From Candidatus Latescibacterota bacterium (GTDB lineage Bacteria; Krumholzibacteriota; Krumholzibacteriia; WVZY01), in the NCBI GenBank assembly GCA_963791045.1, contig CAWBQK010000017.1, positions 288,001-352,000 on the forward strand: a DNA stretch of 64,000 nt, written 5' to 3'. Position numbers and translations under genes: made by a program. Under the pieces are notes generated by a model. That model searched no databases. It was not told the DNA's origin and worked only from the letters and a program-made list of their open reading frames with translations. Of this stretch, positions 1-9,447 are shown piece after piece (the first letter of the stretch is position 1; every line of letters starts with the position of its first letter).

Positions 1-192
1 GGCTTGATGCTGTTCGTGGCCATCCCGCTCCCGGTCACCGGGGCCTGGACAGGCTCAGTCGCGGCATTTCTGTTTGGCGTCCCCAAGCGGGTGGCGGTGC
101 CGGCCATTTTCGCCGGAATCTGCATCGCAGGCGTCATCGTGACGCTCGCTTCGCTGGGAGTCATCAGTTTCTGGGGTATTGCGACCCACTAA
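1..192 (+). CDS. Small multi-drug export protein family (COG2426) membrane protein, 3' part (runs in from outside window)
   Basis: LFVAIPLPVTGAWTGSVAAFLFG matches the family's conserved P-L-P-x-T-G-x-W-T-G motif; hydrophobic C-terminus; frame open from base 1. Confidence 0.8.
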   Translation, partial: GLMLFVAIPLPVTGAWTGSVAAFLFGVPKRVAVPAIFAGICIAGVIVTLASLGVISFWGIATH

Positions 193-235
193 CGGACATT
201 TTCTCGGATTATCTGCTCTCCAGCGAAGTTACCGG

Positions 236-263
236 TTGATAATCCAGGAAAAAGTGTTATTCT
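236..263 (+). promoter_or_regulatory. Putative sigma-70 promoter for tRNA-Pro/sigma factor
   Basis: TTGATA-16 nt-TATTCT with TG of an extended -10. Confidence 0.45.
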
Positions 264-344
264 GTCTTCAGAATGCCCGGGGGGGGAGGAGTCGATCGAC
301 AACTGGTTGTCACGCAGGGTGTTAAAAGAATGATCTCAAGGGTT

Positions 345-422
<78 letters not shown>

Positions 423-546
423 TTTTTATTTCACCCGTATTTCCCGTGACGATTCGAAACCACCGGCGCTTTGGCCTCCTTCAGAGAACCCATCCCGCCA
501 GGCGGTTTTGACCAGATGTTGACCGGCCGAAACGGGGGGTACGGAC

Positions 547-1353
547 ATCGCTGAAGACTACGACATTCAGACCCGCTACCTGCAGGAGATCAACAGGTAC
601 ACTCTGTTGACACCTGAGAGCGAACGCGCTGTCGCAAAAAAAGTATGGGAAGGCGACGAAGCGGCAAAACGTGAACTCATCAACGCCAACCTCAGACTCG
701 TAGTAACCATCGCCAAAAGATATGTCGGGCAGGGACTGAGCTTCCTCGATCTCGTCGAAGAGGGAAATCTCGGATTGATTCGTGCGGCGGGGAAATTCGA
801 TTACAACAGGGGCTTTCGTTTTAGCACATACGCATCGTGGTGGATCAAGCAATCTATCACCCGGGCCATCGCCAACCAGGCGAAATCGATTCGCATTCCG
901 ATTCATATTTATCAACTGATCAACAGGTATCTTCGTGTTGAGGATCGTTCGGGCGCAAACGCTTTTACAGAAAAAGATGCCAGTGAGACGCTGGGGATCA
1001 GTATCGGCAAGGTCCGGCTGATCAAGAATCTGATTCATGGGATCCGTTCGGAAGAGCTTACGATTACGGTCGAAGCGCTCCAGAAATTGTCAACGGATGT
1101 CCGCCACAACGCCACTCCCGAAGAACTCGTAACGGTCCAGCTCGAGAACGAAGAAGTTGCGGCTGTGATTGAAAAGCATCTGAGCGCGAGGGAGCAGGAG
1201 ATACTGAAAATTCGTTATGGACTCGAAGACGGAACACCCAAAACGCTCGCCGAAACAGGGCGAATCATTGGGGTATCACGGGAGCGAATCCGGCAGATCG
1301 AGAAGCGCGCACTCCAGAAACTCAAATTGATGATGCTGGGGGGAAAGGACTGA
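547..1353 (+). CDS. RNA polymerase sigma-70 family factor (RpoD/RpoS-like, no region 1.1)
   Basis: Region 2 (NLRLVVTIAKRY, DLVEEGNLGLIRA, GFRFSTYASWWIKQ) and region 4 (TLAETGRIIGVSRERIRQIE). Region 1.2 (DIQTRYLQEINRYTLLT) lies upstream of the ORF-track TTG at 607, so the start is placed at ATC 547. Confidence 0.9.
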   Translation: MAEDYDIQTRYLQEINRYTLLTPESERAVAKKVWEGDEAAKRELINANLRLVVTIAKRYVGQGLSFLDLVEEGNLGLIRAAGKFDYNRGFRFSTYASWWIKQSITRAIANQAKSIRIPIHIYQLINRYLRVEDRSGANAFTEKDASETLGISIGKVRLIKNLIHGIRSEELTITVEALQKLSTDVRHNATPEELVTVQLENEEVAAVIEKHLSAREQEILKIRYGLEDGTPKTLAETGRIIGVSRERIRQIEKRALQKLKLMMLGGKD

Positions 1354-1358
1354 AGAAT

Positions 1359-1880
1359 ATGTCAGTACATTTGAAGAATCATATCCGCGACATTCCAGAT
1401 TTCCCCCATGAGGGTATCCTGTTCAGGGACATCACCCCGCTTCTTCTCGACCCGAGCGCGTTTCGTGAGACCGTAGACTTGCTGTGTGCACGATACGAAG
1501 GCAAGGGCATAGACAAATTCGCCGCCATGGAATCACGCGGTTTCTTCTTCGCGTCGCCTCTTGCATATAAACTCGGGGTGGGGCTAGTGCCACTTCGTAA
1601 ACCGGGCAAGCTTCCAGCCGAGACACTGTCTGAGTCGTATGCGCTAGAATACGGCGAGGCATCGCTTGAGATCCATAAGGACGCGATCAAACCGGGCGAC
1701 CGGGTTGTCATCGTCGACGACCTTCTCGCAACGGGCGGGACGGCTGCGGCGTCGGTTGCGCTCGTCGAAAAACTCGGTGGGGAAGTAGTGGAAATCGCGT
1801 TTGTGATCGAGCTCAACGCCCTGGGAGGGCGGGCGAAGCTGGGCGAGACGCCGATGTTTTCGCTTTTGTCGTACGACTGA
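1359..1880 (+). CDS. apt: Adenine phosphoribosyltransferase
   Basis: IPDFPHEGILFRDITPLL, LRKPGKLP, YALEYG and PRPP-binding VVIVDDLLATGGT. Confidence 0.97.
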   Translation: MSVHLKNHIRDIPDFPHEGILFRDITPLLLDPSAFRETVDLLCARYEGKGIDKFAAMESRGFFFASPLAYKLGVGLVPLRKPGKLPAETLSESYALEYGEASLEIHKDAIKPGDRVVIVDDLLATGGTAAASVALVEKLGGEVVEIAFVIELNALGGRAKLGETPMFSLLSYD

Positions 1881-1912
1881 TCCGGTTATTCTATTCCCAC
1901 ATATTGCTTCAT

Positions 1913-2060
1913 GTGCCCCCGTGCCCTTCGCGAGAATTTGACAGCTCAGGGTCGGTGGCTTTATTATAGCCTTTCATTGAGGTGCCCCCGTACCCTTCGC
2001 GGAAATTTGACAGCGCAGGGTCGGTGGCTCTATTATAGCCCTTCATTAAGGTGCCCCCGT
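1913..2060 (+). repeat. 69-bp tandem duplication (2 full units plus start of a third), each unit carrying a sigma-70 promoter
   Basis: GTGCCCCCGT starts at 1913, 1982 and 2051; both full units contain TTGACA-18 nt-TATTAT; the third copy overlaps the tRNA-Arg 5' end. Confidence 0.9.
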
Positions 2061-2129
2061 AGCTCAGGTGGATAGAGCACCGGTTTCCTAAACCGGGTGT
2101 CGGACGTTCGAGTCGTCTCGGGGGCACCA
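2053..2129 (+). tRNA. tRNA-Arg (anticodon CCT)
   Basis: Acceptor stem GCCCCCG/CGGGGGC, D-arm AGCTCAGGTGGATAGAGC, anticodon arm CCGGT-TTCCTAA-ACCGG, T-loop GTTCGAGTC, encoded CCA. Confidence 0.97.
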
Positions 2130-2260
2130 AAGTTTTCGCTGCATTGCCTCGATCGATTAACCCCCTATAGAATTGACTTTTAGAGGTGTTTATGGCACAA
2201 TAAACAAAGCTGTCACTTCTAGGTATGTTTGTCCAGCCCGCGATGAACAAGGGGGGTAAC

Positions 2261-4732
2261 GTGCAATACTGCCAACGCTTCGCGCTGATTTTTCTACCCG
2301 TTATTTTAATTCTTCTCACACCTTTCCCAGTGTTTCCGGCCGAACCAACCGCAGGGGATCTTGCAAAGATCGAGATATCGCCGAACGCTTCCGGTGATAT
2401 TTGGAATTTTGAACCTCGCGGGCGGTGGGCTTATGGCCCGTGCCAGGCGATATCCGTTGTAAGCGGATTCGCCACCGTCGCCAATGGCGCCACTTTGCAG
2501 TTTTGGGATCTCAGGAGTCCACTCTTTCCCGTGATGTACGGGGAGGTGGCGCTGCCCGCCAAAATTGAAGCGATTGATTTTGACGGAATCTGGGCGTACG
2601 TCGCCAATCACTCCGGTGGCTTGCAGATCGTGGATACAGGTGATCCAAATAACCTGGAAATATACAGCAGCCTTCCAATTCCTTTCTGGGCCATGGATGT
2701 TGAGTATGACAGTGGCTATTTGTATGTAGCGGCTGATGGTGCGGGGCTGCGAATCATTGATGTGTCCAATCCCAAGTTTCCTGCGGAAGTCGGGTTTTAC
2801 GATACGGCGGAACGGGCGGTTGGTGTTGCCTTCGCATATAACCACGCATTTGTCGCGGATTATGCAGGGGGACTGCGCGTAATCGATGTTTCCAATCCGG
2901 CCACACCGACCGAAGTGGGGTTCTACGACACGCCCGGCCAAGCGATCGATGTGTTTGTTTGGAACGAAATCGCGTATGTGGCCGATTTCTCGCAAGGATT
3001 GATTGCCCTTGATGTCTCGACCAAGTCAAACCCACTCCTGTATGGCAGTTTTCATGAAGGCGGACGCAACGCGTGGGATATACAGGTAGCCGGTCAGGTA
3101 GCCTATATTTCTAACGAATATGGCGGGCTCGATGTAGTGGACGTTTCGAACAGCGGGACCTTTCCGTTGATCCACAATTATAACCCCGGTGGCCGCATGT
3201 ATGATATCTATCTCGAAGGTACCGAGATTTTTGCTGCCTGCGATCACGATGGAGTGAAGGTCATCGATGTCGCGGGGACTCCGCCCAGTTTGGTGGGAAC
3301 GACAGATACACGGGATTTCACTTATGGAGTGGACTATTACAACGACCATATTTTTGTTGCCAACGCGGAGGATGGGCTTGTCATCATAGATGTCTCCGAT
3401 CCTGACAACCCGACGGAAGTGGCAGTTTACGACACGCCCGGTGAAGCACAGGATGTTTGGGTCAATGGGACTCCCGGCTATGTGTGTGATGGCTACGGCG
3501 GGTTGCTGCTATTGGATGTGTTTACTCCCAGCACCCCGGGCTTTGTCGGCTCATATGATTCTCCCGGCTTTGCATCGGCTGTTTACAAGAGTGGTAGCTA
3601 CGCCTACCTTGCAGACGGGTCCGACGGGCTTCGCATTGTCGATGTCGGGATCCCTCCCTCGCCCTGGGAGGACGGATATTTTGATACAGTCGGGCAAACC
3701 GAGGATGCAATTGTAAAGGGAAACTACGCGTACGTCGCTGATGGGCCCGAAGGTATCCGCGTTATCGATATCAATCCACCGGGCTCCGCTTCTGAAGTGG
3801 GGTTTTATGATTCGCCGTCCGGGTGGGCATCTGCCGTCGATATTATCGGAGACTATTTGTTTGTGGCCAACGGATCGGGCGGACTTGTAGTGCTCGATAT
3901 TAGTACGCCGACCACGCCAACTCTGGTCAATTCTATTGTGGGTGGATGGACGGGCGCTGTGGACCTCGTAATCGATGGGGATTATGTATATGTCGGAGAT
4001 CGACAACAAGGCATCAAGGTGTATTACATTGTCGATCCGACCAACCCGCTCTTTGTCGGTGAATTCGAAAACTACGATTGGTTAGAAGCGATAGCCGTCC
4101 ACGGTAACAGGGTCTTTATGGCGGAGAAGCACACTGGTGTGTCGATTCTCGATTTTATATCGCCTCCAACGCCCACTCTGGTACAGGCGTTTGACGCGCA
4201 GGCCATCGGCAGCATGGTGGAACTGCAGTGGGAGGTTGTGTCGGATGATGTGCTCAACGGGTACCGGATCTACAGGAGCACACGGGGCAGTGAAGCCCAG
4301 TCCATCAACGCGTTGGGGTTGATTCCTCCCGATGTGAATTTCTATGCGGATGGCGATGTTGAACCCGGGAATAAATACGAATATATGCTCGCCGTTGTCC
4401 TCGATGATGGAAGAGAGATACACTCGCAGCAAGTCGAGGTCGCAGTCGTTGCGGCCGCTCTTGTGCTCGACCAGAATTATCCCAACCCATTCAATCCGGT
4501 GACGACGATCTCATTCACCTTGCCGTCGGCCCAACAAGTTTCTCTATCGGTCTTCAATGCGGAAGGAAAGCTTGTTCGCACGCTGATTGATGAGACCCTT
4601 AAGGCCGGTTTCAAACAGCAGTCCTGGGACGGTCGGGATGCCGCGGGCGCGCTGGTAAGTTCCGGTGTCTACTTCTACAGACTAACTTCGGGCAAACAAA
4701 ATTTGACACGAAAAATGGTGCTCCTGAAATAG
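2261..4732 (+). CDS. Secreted LVIVD-repeat beta-propeller protein with C-terminal FlgD-Ig/T9SS-type sorting domain
   Basis: Signal peptide; many ~40-aa repeats AYVADGxxGLRIIDVSNP; C-terminus LDQNYPNPFNPVTTISF...WDGRD..G..VSSGVYFYRL...RKMVLLK; GTG start after SD AAGGGGGG. Confidence 0.9.
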   Translation: MQYCQRFALIFLPVILILLTPFPVFPAEPTAGDLAKIEISPNASGDIWNFEPRGRWAYGPCQAISVVSGFATVANGATLQFWDLRSPLFPVMYGEVALPAKIEAIDFDGIWAYVANHSGGLQIVDTGDPNNLEIYSSLPIPFWAMDVEYDSGYLYVAADGAGLRIIDVSNPKFPAEVGFYDTAERAVGVAFAYNHAFVADYAGGLRVIDVSNPATPTEVGFYDTPGQAIDVFVWNEIAYVADFSQGLIALDVSTKSNPLLYGSFHEGGRNAWDIQVAGQVAYISNEYGGLDVVDVSNSGTFPLIHNYNPGGRMYDIYLEGTEIFAACDHDGVKVIDVAGTPPSLVGTTDTRDFTYGVDYYNDHIFVANAEDGLVIIDVSDPDNPTEVAVYDTPGEAQDVWVNGTPGYVCDGYGGLLLLDVFTPSTPGFVGSYDSPGFASAVYKSGSYAYLADGSDGLRIVDVGIPPSPWEDGYFDTVGQTEDAIVKGNYAYVADGPEGIRVIDINPPGSASEVGFYDSPSGWASAVDIIGDYLFVANGSGGLVVLDISTPTTPTLVNSIVGGWTGAVDLVIDGDYVYVGDRQQGIKVYYIVDPTNPLFVGEFENYDWLEAIAVHGNRVFMAEKHTGVSILDFISPPTPTLVQAFDAQAIGSMVELQWEVVSDDVLNGYRIYRSTRGSEAQSINALGLIPPDVNFYADGDVEPGNKYEYMLAVVLDDGREIHSQQVEVAVVAAALVLDQNYPNPFNPVTTISFTLPSAQQVSLSVFNAEGKLVRTLIDETLKAGFKQQSWDGRDAAGALVSSGVYFYRLTSGKQNLTRKMVLLK

Positions 4733-4872
4733 ACTCGCGAACCGTAGACTTATACGCTCACTAGCACGAACCCACGGTACTTCCATTAGAATTCGTCCGG
4801 GTGGTGGTGTATGCGTCCTGGCTGATGCCGTCCCTGCATCTCCCATCAGATGGGCCCCCTTCATTCGTTGTT

Positions 4873-4902
4873 TTGACAATGATCTGCTTTCTCTGTTAGA
4901 TT
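4873..4902 (+). promoter_or_regulatory. Putative sigma-70 promoter of the kinase gene
   Basis: TTGACA-18 nt-TAGATT with extended -10 TG. Confidence 0.55.
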
Positions 4903-4971
4903 CTCTGATACTTATCCGCCTGCGTGACAGTGACCGCATCTGTCAGAATAAACCCGCAAGGAAAGCATGGA

Positions 4972-7101
4972 ATGATCGGTCGGCGAATAAAACAATACGA
5001 CATCGTCGAGGAAATCGGCGGCGGTGGAATGGGCGTTTTATACAAAGCCCTCGACACCAGGCTCAAACGCCACGTCGCGCTCAAATTTCTCCCACCCGAG
5101 TTGACGAGAGATCTTGCCGCGAAGGAGCGGTTTATCCGCGAGGCCAGGGCCGCGTCAACCATTCAACATCCCAATATCTGCACCATCCATGAGATCGACG
5201 AGACCGATGACGGCCACATGTTCATCTGTATGGAATTTTACGAAGGGGAGACGCTCGGCGAGAGGCTTTCACGAGGGCCGCTCGAGGTGGACGAGGCAGT
5301 CCGTTTTGTGATTCAGGCCGCGCAGGGACTGGCAAAGGCACATGAAGCGGGGATGGTTCATCGCGACATCAAACCGGCCAACATAATGGTGACCGGTGAC
5401 GGCCTGGTCAAAATACTCGATTTTGGTTTGGCGAAACACGGCGGCGCCTCGATATCGAAGAAAGAACCCACCGCCGGTACCGTCATGTACATGTCTCCCG
5501 AACAGGCCAGCGGCTCCGGTGTCGATGGGCGTTCGGACATCTTCTCACTCGGCGTGGTTCTCTATGAACTTCTTTCAGGTGACGCGCCATTCAAAGGCGA
5601 CAACGACGCCGTAATAATGTACTCGATCGCGAATCTCGATCCCGCCTCTCTGACGACAATTCGTGAAGACGTATCGTCCAAGCTAGACCGGGTCGTTTTC
5701 AAGGCTCTCGAGAAGGACAAGGCGCGACGATACCAGGTCGTCGACGAGTTTCTGGCGATGCTCAAAGGCTGGTTGCGGGCGCATGAGACCGGCCAAGGGG
5801 AAGAGGAGCCCGGGCAGCCGTCGATTGCCGTCCTTCCATTTGCAAACATGAGTACAGACAAAGACCAGGATCACTTCTGTGATGGGATGACGGAAGACAT
5901 AATTAACAACCTTTCGCAAATCGCGGGGCTTCGCGTCGCTGCGCGCACGTCGTCATTTGCATTTAAAGGAAAGCGAAAGGATATACGTGAGATCGGCCAA
6001 CATCTTGGGGTGGAGACGATTCTCGAGGGTGGCGTGCGCAAGGCGGGGAACCAGTTAAGGATTACCGTACAACTCATCAATATCGAGAATGGCTATCAGA
6101 TGTGGTCGGAGCGTTATGATCGTGATTTCGAGGACGTCTTTGCCGTACAAGATGAGATCGGCCGAAACATCGCGGGCGCCCTGGAAGTGCAGTTGACCGA
6201 ACGAGACGAACGGGTCCTGCAAAAAATCCAGACTCGCGACGCCGGCGCCTACGATTTCTACGTGCGGGGCAGAGAGAGTTTTCATCGGCTCGGATTGAAG
6301 CCGCTCGAACGCGCGCGAAATCTCTTCACCAGTGCCTTTATTACCGACCCCGAATATGCCCTGGCCTATTGCGGTCTCGCCGACTGTCACTCGGTTCTTT
6401 ATCTCTATTTCGACAACGACAAGACAAATCTGGAGATTGCGCTCACGGCGAGCAAGAAAGCTCTCGATCTGGCGCCGGACCTCGCGGAATCTCACGCCTC
6501 GCATGGCCTCGCTGTCACATGTGACAAACGTTATGACAAGGCGGACGAAGAATACGCTAGAGCCATCGAACTCTCTCCAAGGCTGTTTGAAGCGTATTAC
6601 TATGCCGGGCGGACGCATTGGGTGCGGGGGGACCTGGAAACGGCCGTGGAGTACTTTATCAAAGCGAGCGAGGTGAGACCCGAGGACTATCAGGCGCTGC
6701 TTCTGGCGGCCAACGCGTTCAAAAGCCTGAACCGTCCGACGGAATTCGAAGAATTGTGCCGCAGGGGGCTCGCCGTAGCGGAAACACACCTCGAATACGA
6801 GCCCGATGATACACGGGCATGGTATCTGGGCGCTCAGGCGCTGATGTGCCTTGGGGAGCGTGCCAAGGCCGTCGAATGGGTTCAACTCGCCCTGGCCCTG
6901 GAACCGAGCGATTCGCTCACACTCTATAACTCGGCCTGTGTGTACAGCGAGGCCGGAATGCTCGACACGTTCTTTGGCTACTTTGAGCAGGCGATGAGCA
7001 GTGGGTTTCTCATGAGGGCATGGATAGAAAACGATCCCTACCTTGACAACGTCAGACAGGAACCCCGATTTCAAGAACTGGTCGACAAAATGCCCTCCTG
7101 A
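4972..7101 (+). CDS. Hanks-type Ser/Thr protein kinase with TolB-like (adenylate-cyclase-associated) domain and TPR repeats
   Basis: GGGGMGVLY, VALK, HRDIKPAN, DFGLAK, GTVMYMSPEQ; then SIAVLPFANMS...ARTSSFAF; TPR-rich C-terminus. Confidence 0.93.
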   Translation: MIGRRIKQYDIVEEIGGGGMGVLYKALDTRLKRHVALKFLPPELTRDLAAKERFIREARAASTIQHPNICTIHEIDETDDGHMFICMEFYEGETLGERLSRGPLEVDEAVRFVIQAAQGLAKAHEAGMVHRDIKPANIMVTGDGLVKILDFGLAKHGGASISKKEPTAGTVMYMSPEQASGSGVDGRSDIFSLGVVLYELLSGDAPFKGDNDAVIMYSIANLDPASLTTIREDVSSKLDRVVFKALEKDKARRYQVVDEFLAMLKGWLRAHETGQGEEEPGQPSIAVLPFANMSTDKDQDHFCDGMTEDIINNLSQIAGLRVAARTSSFAFKGKRKDIREIGQHLGVETILEGGVRKAGNQLRITVQLINIENGYQMWSERYDRDFEDVFAVQDEIGRNIAGALEVQLTERDERVLQKIQTRDAGAYDFYVRGRESFHRLGLKPLERARNLFTSAFITDPEYALAYCGLADCHSVLYLYFDNDKTNLEIALTASKKALDLAPDLAESHASHGLAVTCDKRYDKADEEYARAIELSPRLFEAYYYAGRTHWVRGDLETAVEYFIKASEVRPEDYQALLLAANAFKSLNRPTEFEELCRRGLAVAETHLEYEPDDTRAWYLGAQALMCLGERAKAVEWVQLALALEPSDSLTLYNSACVYSEAGMLDTFFGYFEQAMSSGFLMRAWIENDPYLDNVRQEPRFQELVDKMPS

Positions 7102-7218
7102 TCCGGTCCCACCATCACCTACAGGGTGCAACATGACAGGCACTTACGTCATCCACTTAAAGTGAGTCGGATTGAGTTTCCGTTTCATTATCGGCGAATC
7201 CAACGTTGGCCAATCCTA

Positions 7219-7234
7219 TGGCATCGGTATTGCA
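7219..7234 (+). promoter_or_regulatory. Putative sigma-54 (-24/-12) promoter
   Basis: TGGCAT-CGGTA-TTGCA matches TGGCAC-N5-TTGCW; ~105 nt upstream of the lipoprotein start. Confidence 0.65.
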
Positions 7235-7338
7235 CGTATGACTCGCGTGCAGTCTGCTGGCTGCCCAAATCAATTTTTTGCATCACTTCAGCGGCCAAAC
7301 ACCTGATGAAAGCCCCAAACTGTAATGGGAGGGACAAA

Positions 7339-8334
7339 ATGATAAGCCCACGGTTCACCCATTTTGCCAGATTAGGTGTATTGGCAATAATGCTCCTCGC
7401 TCATTCGGCCTGCGGCGGCGACAACGAAAGCAACGCGGTTGTCGAAGAACATGACGGGGCTGAAATCATGGCCCTTGCCGCGGGCATCCAGTCCGCCGTC
7501 CAAGACGACGACCAGACCGCTTTCGAAGGACTGTTTACTTCTCCATCGGTTGCCAAACCGATATGGAAGAGGCTGACCAATATGAAATGGAATGACGGCG
7601 AGTTCAAACTGGAACAGTTGACGAATTTCCCGGAATTCGAAAGAGCAACACCGAACGTTCATATTGAGAAGCTCATCGTACACGCCTGGTTCGACCTCAA
7701 TCCCTCTCCCGGAAATGGGGGAGAAGTGTACGAAACAACATGGGAAATGGCCAGGGCCGAGGCTGGCTGGAGGTTGTCGGGCCTGAGAATAGACAAGGCG
7801 CACATGTCGTACGGCGACCTCGTTCGCGAACTTCGGAGAATGGATCAGTTCAGTTTCAACGCGTTGAAAATGGACTGGGAAGACTACGGCGATCCCTCGG
7901 CGCTCCTCGTGCGTGCCCTTGAGGCGATGGAAAGCGACGACGTGGCCGCACTCAAACTGTGCACGGTAGATGGCGCGTTGTTCCAGGCTTTCGAAAACAA
8001 TATCGAAATGCCCACGGTTTCCAACGGGAATACGCCCTCTGGCCGTTCGAATCGGAAACAGTCCGCCAAGTATCTCGAAGAACAAGTACAAGGGCTCAAA
8101 AAGGCCTCGGAAATGCTCGGTATGACCGTCGACGATCTCATTCCTCTAATCACCGCCTACAGGATAAACGGAGTGCCATCGAAGTGCACCAAAATCAGAT
8201 TGTTGATTCGCTTTGAAGGCGACGTGGCAAACGCAGGGGTCACCAGTTTTGACGTAGGATGGACGGCCGCTTATGTGTTGCGGAAGTGGCTGGCGGAATA
8301 TGTCGGCGTCGAAGCCATCAGGGGTTGGAGCTGA
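7339..8334 (+). CDS. Hypothetical lipoprotein
   Basis: ATG after SD GGGAGGG; hydrophobic signal ending ...AHSA-C (lipobox-like); no recognisable catalytic motif. Confidence 0.7.
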   Translation: MISPRFTHFARLGVLAIMLLAHSACGGDNESNAVVEEHDGAEIMALAAGIQSAVQDDDQTAFEGLFTSPSVAKPIWKRLTNMKWNDGEFKLEQLTNFPEFERATPNVHIEKLIVHAWFDLNPSPGNGGEVYETTWEMARAEAGWRLSGLRIDKAHMSYGDLVRELRRMDQFSFNALKMDWEDYGDPSALLVRALEAMESDDVAALKLCTVDGALFQAFENNIEMPTVSNGNTPSGRSNRKQSAKYLEEQVQGLKKASEMLGMTVDDLIPLITAYRINGVPSKCTKIRLLIRFEGDVANAGVTSFDVGWTAAYVLRKWLAEYVGVEAIRGWS

Positions 8335-8422
8335 TTTCACAAATTTAGCGTAGAAAAAGGGCTTGATTGTCTGTTTTTCCCACAGTTTTCTGATTTCCCT
8401 CGATAAACATATAAAGTGGGTC

Positions 8423-8451
8423 TTGAAACTTTCGCGCGGGGCGATTATAAT
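8423..8451 (+). promoter_or_regulatory. Putative sigma-70 promoter of the parA operon
   Basis: TTGAAA-17 nt-TATAAT. Confidence 0.7.
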
Positions 8452-8604
8452 CCCGCCGCGTAGCGGAAAACCGCATTCCAATCGGTCAAAACGGATTGCG
8501 GCAAGCGGGGGACCTTCGACCACCACGTGGGGCGTCATCCGTCAAACAATCTTCGATAACAAGTGTCTGTTGTCACAATAATCTCTCAGGGAAGGCAGCA
8601 TCAA

Positions 8605-9447
8605 ATGGAAATCATCGCGGTCATCAATCAAAAGGGCGGGGTAGGCAAAACAACGTCCACGGCGAACATCGGTTCCGGTCTTGCGATTCTTGGGAAGAAA
8701 GTTCTTCTGGTTGATTTGGACCCACAGGCGCATCTGGGCCAGGCAATGGGCCTTGGGAACGGCGGCTTCGAGTATACGATTTACAATGTGCTTCGCGGAG
8801 ACGTGGATGTGGCGGATGTCCTGGTAGAGAAAGAACTCGGAGCGCGAATAAGTCGTGCCGACGACAATCAGGGGAACGGAGCCGCGGGGACGAGCGAAGA
8901 ATCGAGATTATGTGTTTCGATGGTGCCGTCGAGCATCGATCTTTCCGGTGTGGATATGGAGTTCGCGGCACGCGAAGGGCGGGAATACCTGCTGAGAAAC
9001 GCACTGGAGAAAGTCGATGGACGGTTTGATTACGCTTTGATCGATTGCCCGCCGAGTCTCGGCCTCCTGACGCTTAACGCGCTGACCGCGGCGAACAGTG
9101 TGCACATTCCGGTTCAGACGGAGTTCCTGGCGTTGGACAGTCTTGACAAGCTTCTGGACACGATCGACCGCGTGAAGCAGAACTGGAACCCTGGGCTCTC
9201 GGTTGGCGGGATCATAGCTACGCGTTTCGACGGACGCAAGGTACTCAACCGTGACGTGGTGTCGAAACTCAAGGAAAACTTCGGACCGCTTTTGTTCGAA
9301 CGCGTTATTCGGGAAAACATCGCGCTCGCCGAAGCGCCCAGCTACGGCGTCGACATTTTTTCTTACCGGCCAAAAAGCTATGGTGCTGAGGACTATTTGA
9401 GGCTCTCCGAGGAGATTCTCGAGAGGAGCGGGAGGTATGGGCACTAA
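8605..9447 (+). CDS. parA: ParA/Soj family ATPase
   Basis: Deviant Walker A NQKGGVGKTT, VDLDPQ, IDCPPSLG, IPVQTEFLA, IRENIALAEAPS. Confidence 0.92.
   Translation: MEIIAVINQKGGVGKTTSTANIGSGLAILGKKVLLVDLDPQAHLGQAMGLGNGGFEYTIYNVLRGDVDVADVLVEKELGARISRADDNQGNGAAGTSEESRLCVSMVPSSIDLSGVDMEFAAREGREYLLRNALEKVDGRFDYALIDCPPSLGLLTLNALTAANSVHIPVQTEFLALDSLDKLLDTIDRVKQNWNPGLSVGGIIATRFDGRKVLNRDVVSKLKENFGPLLFERVIRENIALAEAPSYGVDIFSYRPKSYGAEDYLRLSEEILERSGRYGH

Noticed and set aside
1913-2060. 69-bp periodic repeat as a CRISPR array
   Set aside because: Whole units are near-identical with no unique spacers, there are only two units, and no cas genes are present
1909-2319. 136-aa - strand ORF with an internal repeat
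   Set aside because: Artefact of reading the tRNA and the 69-bp (multiple of 3) repeat backwards
6055-7143. 362-aa - strand ORF and similar long antisense ORFs (e.g. 15639-16439, 16507-17265, 57077-57850)
   Set aside because: Overlap well-supported genes on the opposite strand, as expected from codon bias in GC-rich DNA
2053-8334. Genomic island or prophage integrated at tRNA-Arg
   Set aside because: No integrase, no duplicated tRNA 3' end and no phage genes seen
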